Shown one piece after another: positions 34,121 to 39,654 of a stretch of DNA of 39,654 nt. The stretch is taken from IMG/VR virus record IMGVR_UViG_3300046506_000191. One strand, given 5' to 3'. The stretch is from a virus. Position 1 is the first letter of the stretch. Each line of letters starts with the position of its first letter. Made by a program: the position numbers and the translations under genes. The notes below the pieces were generated by a model. That model had not been told where the DNA came from, did no database searches, and was given only the letters and a program-made list of their open reading frames with translations.

Positions 34121-34459
34121 ATGACAGAGCCTACAGACACCGCCCCACCGCCAGGGAGAGCAGCGCTGCCCCTTCCGGGCGTGGGCACCCTGAGCGAGCA
34201 GCAGCTGCGCGGAGCGGAGTGCGTGTGGTGCGGAGTGCACCTCACCTCCGAGACAGCCGTCGACCTCGGCGAGCACCGCATCCGGGTCCTGGACAGCCAC
34301 ATCACGGCATTCCCCCGCGGCTGCCGCCCCTGCACCGCGGATACGGCGTACCGCGCACTCCTCGACCACGCGCCCACGTGCGAACAGTGCGTCGACGACG
34401 CCGGCATCTGCACCACCGGCGTAGCGCTGCGCCGCCTGATCCGGGAGGGCCACCGATGA
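34121..34459 (+). CDS. Hypothetical Cys-rich protein (112 aa)
   Basis: ATG after GGAGGAG. CVWCG ... CRPC ... CEQC ... C. Confidence 0.6.
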   Translation: MTEPTDTAPPPGRAALPLPGVGTLSEQQLRGAECVWCGVHLTSETAVDLGEHRIRVLDSHITAFPRGCRPCTADTAYRALLDHAPTCEQCVDDAGICTTGVALRRLIREGHR

Positions 34460-34629
34460 TCTGCGCACGCTGCGACCAGCCCATCCGGAAGGGCGAGAAG
34501 TACACCACGGAGCCCGTAGGCGGGGGGTCCGGCGCCGGGGCGGATATCCACCTGCACGACCCGCTGTGCCCGCGTCCCCCGGAGGTGGAGCGCCCCCGGA
34601 CCTACCAGACCTCGCCCTACAAGGGATAA
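34456..34629 (+). CDS. Hypothetical small zinc-ribbon-like protein (57 aa)
   Basis: ATGA-coupled. MICARCDQPI ... HDPLCP. Confidence 0.45.
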   Translation: MICARCDQPIRKGEKYTTEPVGGGSGAGADIHLHDPLCPRPPEVERPRTYQTSPYKG

Positions 34630-34684
34630 AGCTCCGGGGCGCTCGGCGCCCCGGTGAATCAAGGAACGATCGAAAGGCAGCACC

Positions 34685-34885
34685 ATGCAGAACACCGACG
34701 GCCTCAGCTGGGCCAAGTCGTCCTTCTCCGGCGGTAACGGCGCCTGCGTCGAGGTCGCCGCCCTGCCGGACGGGGGTCGGGCGGTCCGCGACACCAAGGA
34801 CCGTCAGGGCGGGACGCAGTTCTACACCCCCGCCGAGTGGACCGCGTTCGTCCAGGGCGTGAAGGCCGGAGAGTTCGACGCCTGA
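34685..34885 (+). CDS. DUF397 (BldB-family) protein
   Basis: SWAKSSFSGGNGACVEVA ... VRDTKD ... FYTPAEWTAFVQGVKAGEFD is the canonical DUF397 pattern. Confidence 0.8.
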   Translation: MQNTDGLSWAKSSFSGGNGACVEVAALPDGGRAVRDTKDRQGGTQFYTPAEWTAFVQGVKAGEFDA

Positions 34886-34897
34886 TCCATCGCCACA

Positions 34898-34934
34898 GCC
34901 GAGCCCTGGCCGGGCATTACGGCCGGGGCTCGGC
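34898..34934. terminator. Stem-loop between convergent DUF397 and XRE genes
   Basis: GCCGAGCCC pairs with GGGCTCGGC (9 bp). The right arm overlaps the XRE 3' end. Confidence 0.35.
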
Positions 34935-35165
34935 CTCGTCCTCGACCAGGTGGGCGACGGGCACCTGGAGGGCGCGCGCGATGGCGTACAGGCTGTCGGT
35001 GCTGGTGCCGGCGCGGCCGGACTCGATGGCACCGATGGTGCGGGGGGCCAATCCGGCAGCATGGGCGAGCTGCTCTTGGGACAGGTGCCGTCCGGTGCGG
35101 GCCTCGCGAACGTGGTCGGCGAGTAGGCGCCGGAACGCACTGAGGCCGGGCGGGGGATCGAGCAC
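34917..35165 (-). CDS. XRE-family helix-turn-helix regulator (82 aa)
   Basis: LSQEQLAHAAGLAPRTIGAIESGRAGTSTDSLYAIARAL. GTG start. Confidence 0.75.
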   Translation of the reverse strand: MLDPPPGLSAFRRLLADHVREARTGRHLSQEQLAHAAGLAPRTIGAIESGRAGTSTDSLYAIARALQVPVAHLVEDEAEPRP

Positions 35166-35321
35166 GCGTCTACGGTCACGGCACCATGATCATCCTGTCA
35201 CGGCAGAATGTTGCCGAATCCCGTTGGCCATTGAAATCATATGTGCAGACCGTATACGGTAGATCACGTTCCGCATCGGGGCCGCGCCCGCGGCACGTAG
35301 ACATCCCGGCGCAGAAACGAC

Positions 35322-35353
35322 AGGGCCCCAGACGGCATACCGTCTGGGGCCCT
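35322..35353. terminator. Strong terminator downstream of int
   Basis: AGGGCCCCAGACGG-CATA-CCGTCTGGGGCCCT: 14 perfect bp with a 4-nt loop, then TTTG. Confidence 0.7.
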
Positions 35354-35398
35354 TTGTCGTCCGAGAACAACGTTTCAGCAGGTCAGAGACTCCGCCAC

Positions 35399-35432
35399 TT
35401 TGTAGGCGATGCCGTCGGGCATGGCCTACAAA
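35399..35432. other. 34-bp near-perfect palindrome; attP-core or terminator candidate
   Basis: TTTGTAGGCGATGCC-GTCG-GGCATGGCCTACAAA, flanked by CCACT on both sides. Lies 39 nt from the int stop. Confidence 0.25.
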
Positions 35433-35470
35433 CTGCCACTCACGCCCCCCGAGGGCCAGCACGCTAGCAC

Positions 35471-37042
35471 TTACTGGACGAGTGCGGGTTCGTCCTCCCA
35501 CACGGGGATCACGCGTGCCGCAGCCTGATAGCGGGATGGGCGGGGCAGCACCCACACGTACCGCATCAGCTGCCGCAGCAGCAGGTTCTTCGTCACGACG
35601 GTGAGGAGGTTCGGCTCCTCCCACTGGGCAAGCAGGTCAGCCGCCAGCGGCTGGAAGTCGGCCGCGGTCCGCACCGGCTTCTCCTCTTCGCACTGCGCCA
35701 GCTCGGCCAGCACCTGCTTGCGGTCGGCTTCCAACCGCCTCACAGCCTGGTCGTAGGCGTCGGCCGGATACCGGTCGGGATTGAGGGCGTAGTCCATGGT
35801 GAGCCTGCCCAGCGCATCGGAGAGACGCGCGGACTCGGTGGAGAGACGCGCCCGCTGCACCCCCGGGTCGGGGCCGGCCGACCGCGGCGCGGAAATGGTG
35901 GCGGGGGCCGCGTCCACACCGGCCGCCACCTCCCGAATGAAGGGCAGCACAACCTCGGCTAGCAGCCAGCCGCCGGGGGCCGCGGTGCCTGGGCATGGCA
36001 CGCCGCCCGCCCGGCGCGAGCACCGCCAGTCCGCATCCCGGCCGCCACCGCGCCGTTTCGCACTCATCGAGTGATTGCAGTAACAGCAGCGCACCAGGCC
36101 GGTGAGCTCATAGGTGGCATGGCGCGCTCGAGGTGGCTGGCTGCGGACCAGGGAACGCCGCTCCCGGTACGCCTCCCACAGCTGTGTGGGATCGGCGTCG
36201 ATGCCGTACCCGATGATCGGCAGATGCGCACCGTCGGTATACCGCCAGTGCCCGCAGCTCTTAAAGCCGCGACCTTCGGCCTTGGGGCAATCGCAGTCGT
36301 CGCGGACGCGCAGCATCCCGGCCGGGAACCCGGAGTCCATGTAGCGCAGGAGGCTGTCGTAGCCCCACGGGCCGCCGCGCGTGGTCTGGTGGCCGACGGC
36401 GTTGAGCTGCTGGGCGAGGGCGACCATGCCGGTGCCGCCGAGGTACTGGGCGTAGAGGGATGCGACGAGGGGCGCCAGCTCGGGGTGCGGCTCGTACAAC
36501 TCCTGCTGGGTGCTGTATCCCGTAGGCGAGGCCGGGTCGGGGATGCGGCGTGGGTGCCAGATGTAGCCGAAACGGGGGCGGCCGGCGGATGGCACGCCCT
36601 GAGCGATGCGGTGCTTGTGGGTTTCCTGCCACTGCTCGCCGATGCGCCGCGACTCGAACTCCGCGATGCCGAACTGCACATGGCGACTCAGGCGGCCGAC
36701 GGCGGTGGTTGCGTCGATCCGCTCCGTCGCCGACTCCAGCGTGCCGCCCGCTTGTTCGAGGCGACGCAGGTTGATCTGGATGCCGTAGTCGTCGCGGCCG
36801 AACCGGCTGTACTTCCAGACGGCGATCCCTCTGGCCTCGCGGCGCTCGACGCGCTGGATCGCACCCATGATCTTCCGCTTGAAATGCCGTCCGGACACAT
36901 CCAGGTCCTCCACCCAGTCGATGACTTGACGGCCTGTCTGCTGCGCCCATGTGGTGATCGCAGCACGCTGGATCTCCGGGCTGATCTTCTCCTCGCGCCA
37001 GGTACTGACGCGGACGTATCCGATGAACGGCTCTGTGCTCAT
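35471..37042 (-). CDS. int: Large serine recombinase (phage integrase)
   Basis: The N-terminus IGYVRVSTWREE carries the catalytic Ser motif. Also present: the resolvase domain ...VWKYSRFGRD, a recombinase domain, and zinc-ribbon Cys pairs (CDCP...C, CCYC...C). Confidence 0.9.
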   Translation of the reverse strand: MSTEPFIGYVRVSTWREEKISPEIQRAAITTWAQQTGRQVIDWVEDLDVSGRHFKRKIMGAIQRVERREARGIAVWKYSRFGRDDYGIQINLRRLEQAGGTLESATERIDATTAVGRLSRHVQFGIAEFESRRIGEQWQETHKHRIAQGVPSAGRPRFGYIWHPRRIPDPASPTGYSTQQELYEPHPELAPLVASLYAQYLGGTGMVALAQQLNAVGHQTTRGGPWGYDSLLRYMDSGFPAGMLRVRDDCDCPKAEGRGFKSCGHWRYTDGAHLPIIGYGIDADPTQLWEAYRERRSLVRSQPPRARHATYELTGLVRCCYCNHSMSAKRRGGGRDADWRCSRRAGGVPCPGTAAPGGWLLAEVVLPFIREVAAGVDAAPATISAPRSAGPDPGVQRARLSTESARLSDALGRLTMDYALNPDRYPADAYDQAVRRLEADRKQVLAELAQCEEEKPVRTAADFQPLAADLLAQWEEPNLLTVVTKNLLLRQLMRYVWVLPRPSRYQAAARVIPVWEDEPALVQ

Positions 37043-37111
37043 GTCGGGCTCCGGGTACAGGTAGGCCCCGAACGCGGTGCAGCGCCGGGGCCTCGAGGCA
37101 ATGCAATGGCG

Positions 37112-37429
37112 CTATCTTGCGCGCTTCCCCAGGTGCACCACGTCAGCGGTGTCGCGGGCAGCAAGCACGGCATCGAGACGCAACTGCCGGGAATGGGACG
37201 TCACTCCCCGGTCGTGCGCCCAGTGGTAGAACGACCGGGCGGCGGCAGGGAAGGTGGCGGCGAGGCTCAGGGTGCCCAGAATGCTGAGGGCGAGACCAAT
37301 GTCCGACGCCTTGGTGATGACGCCGGTGGCACGGGCAGTTACCTGGATGTCCAGGCCCACGATCAGGGTGAGGCCCGCCAGGCCGGCAAGCGTGTAGCGG
37401 GTGCGCGGGCGAATATCGATACGGTTCAT
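37112..37429 (-). CDS. Membrane protein in the lysogeny operon (superinfection-exclusion candidate)
   Basis: 105 aa with hydrophobic segments LAGLAGLTLIVGL and IGLALSILGTLSLAATF. Lies between the repressor and int on the same strand. Confidence 0.55.
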   Translation of the reverse strand: MNRIDIRPRTRYTLAGLAGLTLIVGLDIQVTARATGVITKASDIGLALSILGTLSLAATFPAAARSFYHWAHDRGVTSHSRQLRLDAVLAARDTADVVHLGKRAR

Positions 37430-37440
37430 GTCGTGCGCTC

Positions 37441-37833
37441 CTAGCTGGTGTTCGCCCCCCCTGCGAGGGCGCTGATCATGGTGAGTACTGCCTGCTGGTG
37501 AGCTGGATTGGTGACACCCAACGCCTCGAGGGCCTCACGCTGAGTGATGCTCCGGTCCCCCCGGGCCGGTAGCTCCTCTGGGTCGATGTAGCCGCACATG
37601 GCGAGCATGGGTGCGATAGGAAGACCCAGGCGTCGTGCGACTTGTTCGATGGCGTTGGTGTTGGGGCGTTCGATGCCGCGAAGCCACCGGCCGAGGGCTT
37701 GGGGGCTGACGCCTGCGTCGTGTGCGAATCGTGCGCGGCCTCCGCCTCTGGGCCCGAGATCGTAGCCCCTCGCCTGAAGTTCTTTGGTCAGCCATGCGCC
37801 GAAGCGCTGGGCGTCCGTCGGGTGTGTAGACAT
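37441..37833 (-). CDS. Phage repressor-like XRE/HTH protein
   Basis: FAHDAGVSPQALGRWLRGIERPNTNAIEQVARRLG. Divergent from the cro-like gene across a 303-bp operator region. Confidence 0.75.
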   Translation of the reverse strand: MSTHPTDAQRFGAWLTKELQARGYDLGPRGGGRARFAHDAGVSPQALGRWLRGIERPNTNAIEQVARRLGLPIAPMLAMCGYIDPEELPARGDRSITQREALEALGVTNPAHQQAVLTMISALAGGANTS

Positions 37834-37843
37834 GTCGCCGAGG

Positions 37844-37859
37844 CTATCGCGTGCGATAG
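37844..37859. promoter_or_regulatory. Operator-like palindrome CTATCGC-GT-GCGATAG (half-site repeated at 37874-37882)
   Basis: Read directly from the sequence. Lies 11 nt upstream of the repressor start codon. Confidence 0.45.
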
Positions 37860-38055
37860 GTCGGTAGAAGTAGCTATCGCGTCATGGAGCCCCCCGTGGG
37901 CCAGTTGGCATATCCCGGGAAAATGGTCTCCGCACACTATCCCCGGCCTGTTCGACGCCGCAAGCCATACCGCACACGGCATTTCGCGCAAAAATTCGAA
38001 CACTGAGGCGCCTCACCAAACGCTGCGTAATCGCACGGCCTTCACCCTCTCTTTT

Positions 38056-38114
38056 ATCTACCTCACCCGGTAGATAGTGGTAGCGTCTACCTACTGCGGC
38101 AGGTAGCTACCTGC
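38056..38114. promoter_or_regulatory. Array of GGTAG/CTACC palindromic operators upstream of the cro-like gene
   Basis: ATCTACC-N6-GGTAGAT (38056-38075), GGTAG-CGT-CTACC (38079-38091), GCAGGTAGCTACCTGC (38099-38114). Confidence 0.5.
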
Positions 38115-38136
38115 CGAACAAGAGAGGTATGCCTAA

Positions 38137-38361
38137 GTGAGGTACGACCGAACAGCACTACAGAGAGCCGCCGCAGCCGCCGGCCAACCCAACAGCTGGC
38201 AGATGTCGGCCAAGCTCGGCATCGGCACGATGACCGGCTGGCGCCTGTGGCACGGCCACGGAGCACCCAGCGTCCACACCGCCGCCCGCGTCGAGCTCAT
38301 CTACGGCCTGCCCATGGCCGCGCTGCTCAAGCCGCTCGCTCGTGTCAAGGCATCAATGTGA
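38137..38361 (+). CDS. Cro-like helix-turn-helix protein (74 aa)
   Basis: GTG after AGAGAGG. WQMSAKLGIGTMTGWRLWHG. Confidence 0.6.
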   Translation: MRYDRTALQRAAAAAGQPNSWQMSAKLGIGTMTGWRLWHGHGAPSVHTAARVELIYGLPMAALLKPLARVKASM

Positions 38362-38537
38362 GCGCGCCTACCGCGACCCGCGCCCAGGCCTGCACCGCCG
38401 CGCGCGCCGTGCTCGACCAGGCGCTCGCCGACATCGCCGCCGACTACGCGGCGGGACGGCTGAGCCCGGAACGTACGGCCGCCTACGAGCGGCTGCTGAT
38501 GAGGCAGCGCCACCACCAGCTGACGACCGCCGCCTGA
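38358..38537 (+). CDS. Hypothetical small protein (59 aa)
   Basis: GTGA-coupled. High GC3. Confidence 0.45.
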   Translation: MSAPTATRAQACTAARAVLDQALADIAADYAAGRLSPERTAAYERLLMRQRHHQLTTAA

Positions 38538-38628
38538 CCCCCTGAACGCGCCGAAGGGCCGCCCGACTTACCCGGCCCGGCGACCCAACGACTCGGCGCC
38601 TCACACCAACCACGAGAGGAGGAGCCTC

Positions 38629-39267
38629 ATGGCTCCGATCATTCCAGACCAGGCACTGCCCCGCCGAAGCGAGTCCGGCATGACGACGCGTGCGGTGAAC
38701 GCAGCCGCCGGCGTCATCCTCGCCGCGATGCAGCAGGACCGTCGCACGCCGACCGGCCTGGCCATCGCCCTCGACTCCGCGTGCCTGCTCAACTCCCCCG
38801 AGCACGCCGCCGAGGTGGCCAAGCTGCAGGCCCGCATCGCCGAGCTGGAGGCCGCCGCCTACGGCGACGCCGAGGTCCAGCTCCTCAACCCGGTCGAGCA
38901 GATCCAGCACCTGCACGCCTGCGTGGCCGCACAGATGTCCCGGGCGGACACGCTGGACCGGCTGTGCCGGGAGCAGCGGAAGCGTGCGGACCAGGCCGAG
39001 GAGCAGCTCGCCGCGAAGGACCGGCCGGTCGACGAGGACCCGATCGTGTACGCGCTCACCGACAAGGCCGCGCAGCTGCCTGCCGCCCCTCGCGTCCGGC
39101 ACCTGCGAGAGCTGCTCGACAGGCAGTGCGACCAGACGGAGGCCGACGGCATCACCCGCCGCATCGCCCCCACCCAGGCCCTGCAGCTCGAGGACCCCCA
39201 CGACTCGCCGCTGCACCACACCTACCGCGTCGGTCACGACCTGCCGACGACGGATGGCGCGTCGTGA
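38629..39267 (+). CDS. Hypothetical coiled-coil protein (212 aa)
   Basis: ATG after GAGAGGAGGAG. High GC3. Confidence 0.7.
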   Translation: MAPIIPDQALPRRSESGMTTRAVNAAAGVILAAMQQDRRTPTGLAIALDSACLLNSPEHAAEVAKLQARIAELEAAAYGDAEVQLLNPVEQIQHLHACVAAQMSRADTLDRLCREQRKRADQAEEQLAAKDRPVDEDPIVYALTDKAAQLPAAPRVRHLRELLDRQCDQTEADGITRRIAPTQALQLEDPHDSPLHHTYRVGHDLPTTDGAS

Positions 39268-39371
39268 TCGCCCTCCAGGGCCCGCTCATCGCCGCCACGT
39301 TCCGCGCCCGCTGGTACGTCCGCCCGACCCGTCAACGCCACCTCAACACCCAGCCCAGCAAGGACACGTGA
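39264..39371 (+). CDS. Possible 35-aa basic peptide
   Basis: GTGA-coupled. Fills the gap to the nuclease gene. Weak support. Confidence 0.3.
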   Translation: MIALQGPLIAATFRARWYVRPTRQRHLNTQPSKDT

Positions 39372-39374
39372 TCC

Positions 39375-39654
39375 ATGGCCCGCACCAGTGGTTCCGACGA
39401 GACCGGCGAGGCCCTCGCCGAGCGCATCGCCGCGCTCATCGTGGACACCGCCCTCAACGCCCCCCGCTCCCTTCAGAAGCGGCTCGGCCCGTCCGAGGTC
39501 GGCGATCCCTGCGAGCGGCGCCTCTCGTACAAGGAGTTGGACTGGCCGCGCTCCGCCGCCGAGGGTGACCCGGCCGCCAGCATCATCGGCACCGGCTTCC
39601 ACACCTGGATGGAAGAAGCCTTCACCCGCCGCCAGACGGTGCTGCCCGACGGCC
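39375..39654 (+). CDS. Cas4/RecB-like PD-(D/E)XK nuclease, 5' part (runs off the window end; continues as 1..669)
   Basis: ATG 39375. MARTSGSDETGEALAERIAALIVDTALNAPRSLQKRLGPSEVGDPCERRLSYKELDWPR..., in frame with the ORF at 10..669 via the overlap. Confidence 0.8.
   Translation, partial: MARTSGSDETGEALAERIAALIVDTALNAPRSLQKRLGPSEVGDPCERRLSYKELDWPRSAAEGDPAASIIGTGFHTWMEEAFTRRQTVLPDG
39528..39654. repeat. Terminal overlap copy 2 (identical to 1-127)
   Basis: Exact 127-nt identity with the window start. Confidence 0.95.

Larger units (their letters stand above)
1..39654. mobile_element. Circularly closed temperate siphovirus-type genome (unit 39,527 bp) of a high-GC actinobacterial (Streptomyces-like) host
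   Basis: The window ends repeat each other (1-127 = 39528-39654). Ordered HNH/terminase/portal/protease/capsid/tail/tape-measure/lysin/holin genes sit with a serine integrase and a repressor/cro pair. Third-codon-position GC is very high and gene junctions are coupled. Confidence 0.85.

Noticed and set aside
34093-35179. 358-aa minus-strand ORF (34103..35179) and the 178-aa plus ORF 34093..34629
   Set aside because: These are frame artefacts spanning several independently supported small genes (Cys-rich proteins, DUF397, XRE) and an intergenic terminator.
35186-35467. 93-aa plus-strand ORF (and the minus ORFs 35176..35370 and 35190..35624) in the int-XRE gap
   Set aside because: The region has low GC3 and is occupied by two strong palindromes/terminators. 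There is no SD. It is more consistent with a non-coding att/terminator region.
37642-38073. 143-aa plus-strand ORF spanning the repressor 5' end and operator region
   Set aside because: Its first part is antisense to the well-supported repressor gene. Its remainder lies in the lower-GC operator-rich intergenic DNA.
38368-39237. 289-aa minus-strand ORF opposite 38629..39267
   Set aside because: It is a shadow ORF with Arg/Gly/Val bias. The plus-strand gene has an excellent SD (GAGAGGAGGAG) and fits the operon direction.

Overview
The window is one circularly closed genome. Positions 1-127 are identical to 39528-39654, so the unit length is 39,527 bp. It is a very high-GC, Streptomyces-like temperate siphovirus. 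About 60 genes are tightly packed, mostly on the + strand, and many junctions are ATGA/GTGA stop-start overlaps.

Modules in order:
- Recombination and replication: Cas4-like PD-(D/E)XK nuclease (spans the window junction), a protein with an SSB-like tail, Prim-Pol/SF3 primase-helicase, Holliday-junction resolvase-like nuclease, SLOG/DUF2493-like protein.
- A divergent RHH/HTH regulator pair.
- A plasmid-like block of small membrane proteins plus a 700-aa FtsK/TraB-like translocase.
- Packaging: HNH endonuclease, P-loop NTPase, AT-rich putative cos region, small and large terminase.
- HK97-type portal, protease and capsid, then head-tail and tail genes. These include a G/G-T chaperone pair with a C_CCA_AAA -1 slip site, a 1,172-aa tape measure and minor tail proteins.
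- Lysis cassette: CHAP endolysin, an embedded DnaQ-like exoribonuclease, holin.
- A small accessory island: GntR-like wHTH, Cys-rich proteins, DUF397/BldB-like protein, XRE.
- Lysogeny module on the - strand: serine integrase, membrane protein, repressor, facing a cro-like gene.

Most notable non-genic signals:
- A 237-bp nested palindrome of GCGAAGGGG iterons just downstream of the primase-helicase gene.
- A TAGAGGGG repeat cluster just downstream of the translocase gene.
- A 118-nt tRNA-like element with no anticodon arm.
- Two exact duplicated segments (56 bp and 25 bp).
- A dense GGTAG/CTACC operator array.

All family assignments come from motif recognition by eye. No database search was run.
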